Assembly: GCF_026210795.1 (NCBI RefSeq)
Contig: NC_089432.1
Coordinates: forward strand, 124,001-188,000
Reading direction: 5' to 3'
From: Rhizophagus irregularis
Lineage: Eukaryota
DNA length: 64,000 nucleotides
The notes beneath the pieces were generated by a model, which was not told where the DNA came from, searched no databases, and saw only the letters and a list, made by a program, of their open reading frames with translations. Positions within the stretch are counted from its first letter, which is position 1, and each line of letters starts with the position of its first letter. Made by a program: the position numbers and the translations under genes. Shown piece after piece: positions 13,072-25,332 of this stretch.

Positions 13072-14081
13072 TTTTTAATACTTATTCTACAATTAAATCC
13101 AATATATTTATGTATCATTTGTAGAGTAGGCTGTATTACATAATTTGCTTTATGTATAAAAGTAATATACAAGAAGTATTTGAAAAATAATAAAAACGAA
13201 TGCAAATTTAACTGCAAATTTATTATAATTTGCCTTTATAATTAAGAAAGATAAGAAATGAAATAATGTTTGGATATGTATATGAAAACACTTGCGAATA
13301 AAAAAAAAATTCTTTTAATTCGAGTCGCATTGACTTTATTATCACGTGAATAATATATATTTTAAAATTCCTTTTCGATTCTAACTTTTTGAATAAAACA
13401 ATTTCCATTTTTATTACATGTAAAATTATCGGTACACATGCTTTTTACTTTGTAATTTATTACACGTTGCAAATATATCTTTTATTATAGCATGTATCGA
13501 TTGTTGTAACATTTACAATGCGCATCTCATTTAAAAATTAATTTAATTAAATTAATTGTGATCTGATTAACTTAGCCAATGATTTTAATTAAGAACAATT
13601 TTCGTTATTTTGATTTTAATTCCATGAACACACTTTATATATCGAATTTCACATTTATAACCTCCGATTTTAATAAATACTTCTACCAATAATTAAGAAT
13701 TTGATTTTGCGAATTGTGCTTAATATCATACTGCTAACTTCGCAAAGCGCGAAAAAAAAATATATTACATCCGATGCTGGAATTTTACTATCTGATAGAT
13801 TTTGATTTTTTTTTTATATAAAATTACTAATTTTTACAGTTATTTATTATTGTAAATAAACTTAATTACACATATATATATATTATCATAATAAAATTGA
13901 ATAACGCGACGGACTTCAACAGTTTCCGTTTTCCTAGTAATAATGATGTTGTTGCTTAAAAAACATTATTGACTTAGACCGGAAAATTGCGTAACCTTTT
14001 TTATCCCTTAAACTTCTTAATTTGCTCCGTGTAAATTTTTCATGCGGTAAAATCATAAAATCATATTAGTCAATCACTCAC

Positions 14082-14370
14082 TCCCCATGTCGTTCCAATT
14101 CGATATTGGCAAGTCTTGAACACGAAATAGTATCCAATATTGGCATCGTAGTACATGGCATACATCTTCCCATTAAAGCCTTTGTTAAAATATAAAGAAT
14201 GGTGTCAGCTAATTTTATATTAGAGTGTAAGACATTTGAAAATATATTCTCCGTATCTCCATGAGTTATTCCGTGTAAAACAATGTTCTTTACTCCTTTA
14301 ATAGATTCCTTTGTAAATTTCAAATTCTTCAGGAGGCGATCTAGTTAATCCTTCATTTCACGAAAAAGCT
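14082..14370 (-). pseudogene. Fragment of nuclease-gene exons 9-10 with intron retained
   Basis: Reverse complement nearly identical to ~27430-27730. Confidence 0.85.
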
Positions 14371-14371
14371 T

Positions 14372-15375
14372 CCGTTTGCGTTTATAGGATTTCTTTTTAA
14401 GCTTAGTAATATTTAGAGATTTTTCCCATTCTTTAAAGAGCTCGCTGCGTTTGTTCCAAATGGTGGAGTTGACATCATCCATGATCCACGAAATTCAAAA
14501 AGGCTTGAAAGCGTAGCTTTTTCTTAGGAATGAAGTTAATAAAAATAACCGTAAGACTGGCAGGGACCAAATGATGGATCATGAGGTAGAAGGGTTGGTC
14601 TTTTGGCAAAATATTTCCGAAACCTATGTCGAATAAATGTGATCGTTCAATGCTGTCTTTGAGATCACAGGTGTAACTTTCTGACGCCTCTGTAATGATA
14701 TTAAACAAGAGAGCTTCATGTTTTCTAAGGATATCGATAATGATGTCTATGTGGGCTATACATAAACCCACGTGTTCGTTGTTGTCTACATTATTATAAC
14801 GGAATATTTCCTGAAGGATATAAACGCGGATAATTTCTTTGTTGGATATCCGCAGTAGGATAAATAAAGTTACATTTTTTGATCTTGGATCCTTTAGCAC
14901 TTGTAGGGGAGTCCAAGGGATTGAAATTTATCCATTCACGAGTGAAGGTCCAATCTATATCACCATGGATGATTTGTACTTTAAGTGATAGGGAGGAGCT
15001 GTTAATCATAGAATTAAAGATCTGAAATTGTCCGACCATTGATTGAAAAATTTATGGTTGACTATTATGGGGTCTTTGATTAGAGATCCCGCGTTAGCTA
15101 GTTCATCAGCACGATCATTTCTTGGATCGTTATATTTAATCAGATGAATTTGTTGTATAAGTATGAGATAAAGTTTTTCCAAAAACTACGTTTTTGTGTT
15201 GGTTGTTCCAATGTACGGTCTATTCGCATTTGGGTGATGTAATTGCTGGTGTAATTCAAGGTGATTTGTGAGTCCGATTAATTACACTTATGACGTCCTT
15301 CAATGGGTGTGTCAAGCGAAGATTATCGCTAAGAACATAATCGTCAATTAAATTGTTGTACCATTTCGGTATGTC
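14372..15375 (-). mobile_element. Non-LTR retrotransposon remnant (RNase H end, CCHC knuckle, C-terminus)
   Basis: Minus-strand NDRADELA (RNase H), NNEHVGLC knuckle remnant, IWNKRSELFKEWEKSLNITK C-terminal motif; many deletions. Confidence 0.7.
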
Positions 15376-15466
15376 CAACTCTCATGTTCTTTAAGTCTGT
15401 ATACGTTTGACCGGTTCCAACGAATAAAATCGGTTGTCCGGTTGTATAAGTCATTGATAAGGCTGC

Positions 15467-16090
15467 CCGGTTTCTTTCCTTTGGAAATTTAACATTATTG
15501 ATTACCCCCGAGTTGCCTCCCAGAGAATTTCCAGTGATTGTTGAGTTGTGAAAATGAAATGAAGATCCCGCTCTGACCGACGTACGCTTCTCCCAATTTC
15601 TTGCATCTTTGTAATCAGGCCCAGGCCGATCATCCTTACATAAAAAATTTGAGAATTATATTAGTAATTATTTAAAGTGGCATGTTCCTGACTCCCCATC
15701 CCATCTGGTCGGCGAAGAGCCTTGAACATCAGACAACCGAAGAGGTCAGCTGTGCCCAGTGGGGCCAGTGCCAGGTCAGCGAAGAGCTTTGAACATCAGA
15801 CAACCGAAGAGGTCATATGTGCCCTAACACTAGTTTTGTGGCTAAGCGAAGAGCTTGAATGACAAGAACCGAAGAGGTCCCCTGTCACGCCACTATTTTT
15901 CACATATAAAAAAGAATTTTTAGCTTCCTACCTTATTATATCTATCAAGGAGATACCTTGCTTTGTCTTGATTGGCACCTTCCTCATAATCAACAATAGC
16001 TCTCAATGATTTGAGGTAATGATCGATCTTGCCTTTAAATGCTTCTATATCGCACCCGTTAAGAAAATCTATAATATTCCATTTCGTATT
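15467..16090 (-). pseudogene. Fragment of nuclease-gene exons 1-2 with expanded intron 1
   Basis: TKWNIIDFLNGCDIEAFKGKIDHYLKSLR..; reverse complement of ~25368-25862. Confidence 0.85.
15712..15879. repeat. Repeat-spacer mini-array: 3 repeats (36, 36, 34 bp) and two 31-bp spacers, inside an intron
   Basis: gcgaagagc(c/t)ttgaacatcagacaaccgaagaggtc at 15712-15747 and 15779-15814, degenerate third copy 15846-15879; spacers 15748-15778 and 15815-15845 largely different. Confidence 0.85.
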
Positions 16091-16513
16091 ACTTATTAAA
16101 CAGATGCCGCTATGACTTATATAACGATAACTGACCGTTAATGTTGAAGAAACAGAAACAACAAAAATATTTGAAGAAATTATCAGAATGGATCTGAAAA
16201 GAATGGGATATAATGAAATAGCAGAGATTGAAAGAATAAGAAGATTTGAAGTAACCGCAAAGATAATAACAACGTACGAATTTATGAAGAAGTATTTAAC
16301 AGTATGGAATCTTGAAGATGAGGAACTAGATAAAATGTCTCGGTCAAACAGTATTTTATCCCCAATACAAACTAACTTTGATGAAAAATCCTTATCTGTC
16401 AAGCTAAATTCGAATCAAAAAAGGTTGTACGCGTAATACTTCTACAACTTTCTACAACTTTCTACAAGGTGACTACTGGGTGTACGCGTAATACTTCTAC
16501 AACTTTCTACTAC

Positions 16514-17221
16514 CTAGGGGTTAGATAAATATACGGGGGACAACTCATAGGTTACACAGGCTGATCAATAAAAACCCGAACTGTCGCCACTATAAATTGG
16601 TTACACAAACGAATTTTCATATTAAATCGCGCAAAAATTTTACTTTTTTTTGATTTTTTCGACGCGTATAGATAGAGAAGCAGCCGATCTTAAAAGTTAA
16701 GGTTGTATATGTTAGCTCTATGTAAGTGTAGTTTTTTTATCAAAATTGAACCACTGGTTGCTTCGTTCTTAATTTTATATGTATTTGTTACTTTTATATT
16801 AGAAAGCTAGAATTATACTTTTTTTTTTTAGAGATTCCAATAAAAAGTTATAAAATATTTTTGCTTAAAACATTTAAAAATAGTGCTTTCTTCTTTTATT
16901 ATGTATTATTTTCAAGTGTGTAATAATTTTTCATATAGTTTTGAGGTATTTCAAATAGCCGATCCTATTTTTTGAAAAATACAGAAAATAAACTAACGAA
17001 AAAAAATACGTAACGATAAACTTGAGCATTTCGTCATTTCCGAAAAATAGTTTTTATTTTGTGATGGGTTGATTATCGGCAGATCTTTCACTTTAAACAT
17101 GGGGTATCGTTACATTTTACTAGTAACACATAGTAATTTACATATGGTGACAGTTCTAGCGATCACTAATCAGCCTGTGTAACCTATGAGTTGTCCCCCC
17201 GTATATTTATCTAACCCCTAG
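16514..17221. mobile_element. Non-autonomous TIR element, ~52-bp TIRs, 7-bp TSD
   Basis: ctaggggttagataaatatacgggggacaactcataggttacacaggctgat vs its reverse complement ending 17221; TSD ctactac at 16507-16513 and 17222-17228. Confidence 0.9.
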
Positions 17222-17461
17222 CTACTACAACTTCTTTATCACGTGATTTTGTGTTACCAGCGATATTTAGCCCTAGTTCTGTCACCTATTTTGCTATTTA
17301 ACACGATCTCTAGACTTAATTAACAAATATGGTTTTTCGTTGGATCTTACTTTTGACTAATATTATAGGAGGAAATACCCCTATACGCGATTATGTCGCC
17401 GACTTATCAAGCTTAGAAAGCGCAGGTCTAGTGCGGAAATGACTAGTGGTATAAACGAAAT

Positions 17462-18787
17462 TAATAGTCCCGAGTATGATAAGCCACATACTCCACCTCA
17501 TCAAATTCGCTCTACATCTGAAAACTAAGATTTAATTAAACGATTAAAACAACTGCAAGCGAAATCCACTTAGTAAGTAAAAACATGTCTATTAAAGTTA
17601 ATTTATATTCCTACATTATTAGCTGACTAATTTCACCATTTTTTTATTATAGTGAGCCGATCTAAATAAGAAATAAGTGTTAACGTCAAAGATATTTTGT
17701 ATCATGAAAATTCATGTATTAAAGGAAATTGGCCTGAGGCAATAAATAGACTAGTCGTATCAACTGATGAAGCTGTAAAGAAATCAATATAAAATTTCTA
17801 TTGGAATGTAATTTTTCTACAACAAATAATTCTCTTGCTCAAACATAATCGACACAACAAAAATTAAACGTGATTATAAATGGGATCCTGTCATTAATAA
17901 TGCCACAAATTATATTGACGAATTAATCAATAATGTATGTTTCAAGGATTTTCTTTGTAATCATTATTAATTTTGATAACACCTTTTCTTTATCTCTGAT
18001 TTCAGCTTCAGTCTGACACTCGCAATGAATTCCGCAGAAAACTCCAGCTTCGTTTGTTCCATCAGATGAACATATTCATTTAGTAAGCACTACGAATACA
18101 TCGTTTCGCTGACAAACTGTGAGTCTCATTTGGTTCTCGTCTATATAAACGGAATTTTTGCATTGTTTATGTTAAACCCATCTTATAACAATTCGTCTTA
18201 TTATCTAGATCATTGTTTTTTGAAGCTCCAAGAAATCCGCTCTTAGATAAAAACTCCGAGGGTTGGATCAATTGTCACCTATTGACTCCGATTGCTTTTT
18301 GAATTGCGAGGAGATTCAAGTGCATCGGTTAGTATGAAATTTCCTAATAAAATTTAATGCGATAGTTCGTTTCTTAGCTTTAAGTCTCAAATTATTTTCT
18401 CCATCACTTCAGTGGCGAAGAGATGTCTTTGGCATCAATCGAGCGTAAGAACATGACAAGAGAAGATACGAAATACGGAAAAAAAAGATCTGGACACAAG
18501 ATCGATATTTATTCCGTATTGATAATATGGAATATTTCGGCTCGGAAACATACACCGATGAAGATCTTCATAACTCGAAACCAATTAACTACAAACATAA
18601 GCTTTTTCGTGAAATGAAGGATCAACTAGATCACCTCCTGAAGAATTTAAAAGTTACAAAGGAATCTATTAAAGGAGTAAAGAACATTGTTTTACACGGA
18701 ATAACTCATGGAGGTACTGTGAGGCAACGGAGAATATATTTTCAAATGTCTTACACTCTAATATAAAATTAGCTGACACCATTCTTT
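17462..18787 (+). pseudogene. Fragment of nuclease-gene exons 5-9 with insertion and indels
   Basis: Near-identical to 26430-27615; ~170-bp foreign insertion at 17664-17836; frameshift in GHKIDI. Confidence 0.88.
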
Positions 18788-19237
18788 GTATACAATATTC
18801 TTTATTAATTATTGTATTATATCAGATTGATTTGATAGAAAACACTTCATTCAAAATTCTTTATAAATTACAAGTTATGATTTCACATAAATCAAATAAG
18901 TATAAAATTTTCATAATATGTGTAGTTTATTTATTTACTTATAGAATAAAAGATAATTTCACAAATAACAAATAAAAAAAGTGATTATATTATGTAATAC
19001 TTGGTTGTGTCGATACAGGTAACGCGTCGCCAGGTATCAATTTACATCTCACAACATATATATGAAATAAATTATTCAAGTACAAACTCTATTAATCTTA
19101 AGAAAGGAATAAACAATATTTAAAATAAAAATTTGACTATTGTAAAATATCAGAGAAAGATGCAATGTCTACTCTTGTCAGGACTTAGGATCGTGAATAT
19201 TACCTATTATTTTGTCTGATTGACACATTATCTGGGG
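18788..19237 (+). repeat. Direct copy of the nuclease-gene downstream region 28338-28975 (without the MITE)
   Basis: Shared text from tatacaatattcttta to acattatctgggg. Confidence 0.85.
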
Positions 19238-19242
19238 GTATT

Positions 19243-20065
19243 TGTGGGCTATGTGTTCGTTGTTGTCTACATTATTATAACACTGTAAACACGGAATATT
19301 TCCTGAAGGATATAAACGCGGATAATTTCTTTGTTGGATATCCGCAGTAGGATAAATAAAGTTACATTTTTTGATCTTGGATCCTTTAGCACTTGTAGGG
19401 GAGTCCAAGGGATTGAAATTTATCCATTCACGAGTTAAGTTCCAATCTATATCACCATGGATGATTTGTACTTTAAGTGATAGGGAGGAGTTGTTAATCA
19501 TAGAATTAAAGATCTGAGGATTGATGACATTGTCCGACCATTTTCTAACGTTTCGATCAATAACATAGATGTCGGTCCATTTGATAAGTCCCAAACTAGT
19601 TTGATTGAAAAATTTATGGTCGACTATTATGGGGTCTTTGCTGTGAGATCCCGCGTTAGCTAGTTCATCAGCACGATCATTTCTCGGATCGTGGCAGTAT
19701 ATTATATTTAATCAGATGAATTTATTGTACAAATATGAGAGAAAGTTTTTCCAAAAACTACGTTTTTGTGTTGGTTGTTCCAATGTACGGTCCAATTCGC
19801 ATTTGGGTGATGTGATTGCTGGTGTAATTCGAGGTGATTTGTGAGTCCGATTAATTACACTTATGACGTCCTTCAATGGGTGTGTCAAGCGAAGATTATC
19901 GCTAAGAACATAAATGCCAATTAAATTGTTGCACCATTTCGGTATGGGTCCTTTGTAGTTGTTGTTGTTGTACGTCTTTCCATGGGAGTAAAAAATGACC
20001 ATCGGGTGACGTAAGTTGGTCCATGTAAAGGATATTTTTGTTTCTGAGGGATTTAATATCATTAA
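19243..20065 (-). mobile_element. Second copy of the non-LTR retrotransposon remnant
   Basis: Duplicate of 14750-15375; CLQCYNNVDNNEH zinc knuckle, NDRADELA. Confidence 0.7.
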
Positions 20066-20089
20066 TTGATTTGTGGAAATGGTTTTGGT

Positions 20090-20787
20090 ATTCCTGGTGA
20101 TGATGATGCGTTCGGTGCTCCTTGTGATGGTGATGGTATTGGTACTTCTGGTGTTGATGATTGTCTTGGTTCTCCTTGTGATGATGATGATGAGGATGGC
20201 GTGTCTTTCGTGAAAATGAAATGAAGATCTCGCTCTGACTGACGTACGCTTCTCCCAATTTCTTGCTTCTTTGTAATCAGGCCCAGGCTGATCATCCTTA
20301 CATAAAAATTAGAGAATTATATTAGTAATTATTTAAAGTGGCATGTTCCTGACTCCCACCCAATTTCCCATCCCATCTGGTCGGCGAAGAGCCTTGAACA
20401 TCAGACAACCGAAGAGGTCAGCTGTGCCCAGTGGGACCAGTGCCAGGTCAGCGAAGAGCTTTGAACATCAGACAACCGAAGAGGTCATATGTGCCCTAAC
20501 ACTAGTTTTGTGACTAAGCGAAGAGCCTTGAATGACAAGAACCGAAGAGGTCCCCTGTCACGCCACTATTTTTCACATATAAAAAAGAATTTTTAGCTTC
20601 TTACCTTATTATATCTATCAAGGCGATACCTTGTTTGTCTTGATTTGCACCTCTCTCATAATCAACAATAGCTCTCAATGATTTGATCGATCTTGCCTTC
20701 AAATGTTTCTATATCGCACTTGTTTAGAAAATATATAAATTCCATTTCGTATACTTACGTTCAAAGTATTTGTCTATCACAGGCATG
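20090..20787 (-). pseudogene. Nuclease-gene 5' fragment (exon 1, intron 1, part of exon 2 fused to exon 5)
   Basis: Start codon cat at 20785-20787 (MPVIDKYFERKYTKW); Ser-rich TKDTPSSSS segment joined directly to exon 2 sequence. Confidence 0.85.
20384..20552. repeat. Second copy of the intronic 36/31 repeat-spacer mini-array
   Basis: Repeats 20384-20419, 20451-20486, 20518-20552; spacers match the 15.7-kb copy except one substitution each. Confidence 0.85.
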
Positions 20788-20942
20788 AATAAACGTGGAC
20801 GCGTGGACGAAAACTATTAAAGATATAGCGTATCACGTGATAATTTCATATGATCAGTATGGCTAATCGGAACACAAATTTTTTGTTAAAAAATTTTATT
20901 ACAAGGGCTAATCATCGTTATCGAGCAATATTTTAAGACAAA

Positions 20943-21715
20943 AATGCCTAATGAAAACGTAGAATTTGACAATAATTATTCTAGTGAAGTAGATTCGGAT
21001 TTAGAAGAAGCTAATATTGAAGTACCAAATAACTATAGACGCGCAACACAAAAAAATTAAATTTAAAAAAAAAAGAAAGTGCAACTTTTATCAAAGAGGA
21101 AAACAGGAGTTTTTCAAAATGAAAGGTTAAATATTTATAAGTGGTTGATATATGATGGATCAAGAAATCTAATGTTTTGCTCACTATGCCAAAGTCATAA
21201 AAAACAAAATAAGTTTGGAAAAGAAGGTATGGTATTTTTTTTTTATTTTATAAATAATTAATTTAAATTAAAATTAATTCAAAGAATTTTAAATCTTCCG
21301 CACTATCAGAACATTTAGAACATTTCACAACTAATCACCAAATCGAGAGATTGCAAAGGTAGAACTTATTAAGGTTACCAACAATGCTATAGATAGGGCT
21401 CAAAATCACGTTAGTGTTTTAATGAAGATAATATTTTGGCTAGCAGAAAATGATATTTCACTAAACGAATTACCTGAAGTTGTAAGACTATATAGAATTC
21501 TTGATTGCCCACAGCTATTATCAGCTTCTAATACAATTACTTATGAAAATAATGTCTGGACGTGAAATTTTATCTGCTATTTCAAATTCAATAGAAAAAA
21601 TAATTGGCTGAAGCAGCTGCGTTTGGAATTATGGTGGATGAAAGCACAGATATTACATATGAACCCATCTTATTATATATGTTAAATACTGTTTGTATGG
21701 AAATATTAAGACAAT
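20943..21715 (+). pseudogene. Degraded ZNF862/hAT-like transposase fragment
   Basis: KWLIYDGSRNLMFCSLCQSHKKQNKFGKEG zinc ribbon; FGIMVDESTDIT at ~21621-21657; stops and frameshifts. Confidence 0.6.
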
Positions 21716-23416
21716 AGGGAAGAAAATCATTATAATATGTAATACTATTGCATCTGTAAATCTTAACTTCACGTGCATCGGAAAATAAAGTATTAATTTC
21801 ATTCACCGATATTTGCATCAAAAAACGTTAAGTAGCATTAACCTATAATTTTTTCTGCAATCTTTCGGCACTATCAGCTAGTGCGCTCTCTAGCAACTGC
21901 AATTTATACTTATGAAGATAGTTTACATTTAGCGGTTGCAGATGAAAAAGAACTTATTTCTTTATTGGCTGATCGGGTAACAAATCCAGATTATAATTTT
22001 GTATACAATCTTTTCAAGAAATATAGAGAAATTAGTTTAGGTGCAAGTAATGAGTCAAAAATGTATTGCACACATCTAATTCATTGGAAACAATACAAAT
22101 TCAATGGAAAATTCTAAAATTATTCTAATTCATTAGATACAAATTTAATTGATAAACATTTGAAAATCATTAAATATGATTCATTAGAGACTGCAAGGTA
22201 TAGTAGTAAAGTCTCGATTTTTTTTTTTTAATAAAATTATAGAACATCTTCAGAGTTAGAACTTAATCACCAAAATCGAGAATCACGTATTAGATTAATC
22301 AAAGAATTCTTGGGTTGATAACGATCAATTATTATCAGGAATAGAAAATTTTTAGAGGGATATGAAAAATCAAAGAATAAATCTAACGGGCAATTGGTAT
22401 CATACTTGCATCAAAATTATCAAATTTTGACTCGAATTTAATGTAAAGAATCGTTCAAAAATTCCTATATAAGTAACCTCAATTCAAAGGCGTAAAGAAT
22501 ATTCCAAGGAAAATGATCCTAACGTGATGCCAGCAAGGAAAAAAAGAAAAGTCTCAAAAATATCACATAATTTATAAATGATAATGTAATTAATTAATTT
22601 ACATAATAATTATAAAGAAATTATCCTTTTGCATATATATAGGTATATAGTAATTAGATTCAAAAAAAATCAATAAAAAACAAAAATTCCATTCGAACAA
22701 AATAAAAACGGGTTTATAATTTTTTTTTGATAATTATTCTGTATTTATTATTAAAATTAATTATATTAAACTAATTAAAGATAAAAAAATCTTAACTCTT
22801 TTTTACACTCATTGCTAGAAATAAAAATGTCTAAAACACGGTAAAATTTTTTGTAAAAAAAAATCCAAGAATTTTATTTCACGTACATAATATTTTTTAT
22901 TTTTATTTTTATGACGCAGGGTTGTACAAATTATAAGGACAAAAATACATTAAACCGGGAATAATTTTTATCTAATACAATTAAGGAATAAGATAATTCT
23001 AACACTAACAACCAAATCGCGATCCGAAGAAGACGATGATACCTGACCTTTGAAGAAGAGCGAGAGACGAAAGGGATCCAAGACCACTTCCGGGACTCAC
23101 CCGCCAAGGGAAGGGAATAATTTAACGAACAGAATACTATCATAAAAAAAAACTATCTATTTGAATAATTATTGTCTATAATATTATAATTAAAAATTTG
23201 AATAAATCTATGTTATCGAGCCAAATATCGTCTCGATGGGATTCCCACGAACCCGAATGTAAAAAATTACTTGATGTCCACCTAATGTGGGCCGTATCGT
23301 TGTAAAAACCATCAACGCGACCATAAGGTATTAAAGGAGTACCTGGAGAATCGTGGACGGTACGTTGTCGTCTACGGCGGGAAATCTCGTTCGAAGTACC
23401 TTAATTAACATGATCG

Positions 23417-24470
23417 TTATGTTTGTAGTTAATTGGTTTCGAGTTATCAGGATCTTCATCGGTGTATGTTTCCGAGCCGAAATATTCCATATTATCAATA
23501 CGGAATAAAATATCGATCTTGTGTCCAGATCTTTTTTTTTCCGTATCTTCTCTTGTCATGTTCTTACGCTCGATTGATGCCAAAGACATCTCTTCGCCAC
23601 TGAAGTGATGGAGAAAAAAATTTGACTTAAAGCTAAGAAACAAACTATCGCATTAAATTTTATTAGGAAATTTCACACTAACCGATGCACTTGAATCTCA
23701 AAAAGCAATCATCAATCAACGGAGTCAATAAGTGACAATTGATCAAACCCTCGGAGTTTTTATCTAAGAGCGGATTTCTTGGAGCTTCAAAAAACAATGA
23801 TCTAGATAATAAGACGAATTGTTATAAGATGGGTTTAACATAACGATAAACAATGCAAAAATTCCGTTTATAATAGACGAGAACCAAATGAGACTCACAG
23901 TTTGTCAGCGAAACGATGGACCCAATGTATTTCGTAGTGCTTACTAAATGAATATGTTCCATCTTAATAATGATTATAAAGATAATCCTTAAAATATACA
24001 TTATTGATTAATTCGTCAATATAATTTGTAGCATTATTAATGACAGGATCCCATTTATAATCACGTTTAATTTTCAACCTATCCACTAAAATCTTATTTG
24101 TTGTGTTGATTATGTTTGAGCAAGAGAATTATTTGTTGTTGTAGAAAAATTACATTCCACAGAGATTTTATATTGATTTTCTTTACAGCTTCATCAGTTG
24201 ATACGACTAGTCTATTTATTGCCTCAGGCCAATTTCCTTTAATACATGAATTTTCATGATACAAAATATCTTTGACATTAACACTTATTTCTTATTTAGA
24301 TCGGCTCACTATAATAAAAAATGGTGAAATTAGTCAGTTAATAATGTAGGAATATAAATTAACTTTAATAGACATGTTTTTACTTACTAAGTTTAATTAA
24401 ATCTTGGTTTTCAGATGTAGAGCGAATTTGATGAGGTGGAGTATGTGGCTTATCATACTCGGGACTATTA
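23417..24470 (-). pseudogene. Antisense fragment of nuclease-gene exons 5-9, head-to-head with the intact gene
   Basis: GEEMSLASIERKN..GHKIDILFRIDNMEYFGSE on the minus strand; carries the same insertion (24123-24298) as the 17.5-kb copy. Confidence 0.88.
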
Positions 24471-24927
24471 ATTTCGTTTGTAATATCACTAGTCATTTCC
24501 GCGCTTTCTAAGCTTGATAAGTCGGCGACATAATCGCGTATAGGGGTATTTCCTCCTATAATATTAGTATCAAAAGTAACCTCATCTACAATAGAGATTA
24601 TTTCAGGAATCGGAAGAACCAGCTATGGACTTGGCGGTACTTTTTTTTTTTTGTTTTGATGTTTAGTTCTTCGCAGAAATCTAGATATTCATTCAGCCTT
24701 GTTTTTGTACAAATTTAATAAAAGTATTTTCTTCCATGGACAAATTTTCAAATTTTGGTTCGATAAAAATAAAGCAGTAAGCAGAAATGTGTCATAAACG
24801 CAAATTTTTTATATTTGTTTTTAAATCACGAGTTACAGTAGAATTCACCAAAACTAGGGCCGCACCGCCGCAGGCTGATTAAGCAAATAAATATCGCTGG
24901 TAACACAAAATCACGTGATAACAAAAG

Positions 24928-25230
24928 TTGTAGTTATAAAGTATTACGCGTACAGCGGTCAGTAGTCACGTTGTAGAGAAAGTTGTAGAAAGTTGTAGAA
25001 GTATTACGCGTACAGCGGTCAGTAGTCATATCAAAAGCACCTTGTAGAAAGTTGTAGAAAGTTGTAGAAGTATTACGCGTACAGCGGTCAGTAGTCATAT
25101 CAAACGCACGTTGTAGAAAGTTGTAGAAAGTTGTAGAAGTATTACGCGTACAGCGGTCAGTAGTCATATCAAACGCACGTTGTAGAAAGTTGTAGAAAGT
25201 TGTAGAAGTATTACGCGTACAAACGGTCAG
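24928..25230. repeat. 69-bp tandem array upstream of the nuclease gene
   Basis: Unit (gttgtagaaa)x2 gttgtagaag tattacgcgtacagcggtcagtagtcatatcaaacgcac; core at 24941, 25001, 25070, 25139, 25208. Confidence 0.93.
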
Positions 25231-25332
25231 TTATCGTTATATAAGTCATATCAAAGTTGTGCGCGGCATCTGTTTAATAGGTAATAATTCATCTAAAATT
25301 AATAGTTTTCGTCCACGCGTCCACGATCAATC

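Noticed and set aside
15712..15879. Bona fide prokaryotic CRISPR array or hammerhead ribozyme
   Set aside because: Lies in a spliceosomal intron with no cas genes; the sense strand has CTGATGT rather than CTGATGA and no matching GAAA core. Reported only as CRISPR-like
16515..16524. Telomere-like ggggttag
   Set aside because: Single motif within a TIR, not a tandem array
19902..20258. His-rich ORF
   Set aside because: Out-of-frame reading of the duplicated Ser-rich exon joined to LINE sequence
24934..25167. Repetitive 77-aa ORF (MTTDRCTRN...)
   Set aside because: Open only because the 69-bp unit is a multiple of 3; no other coding evidence
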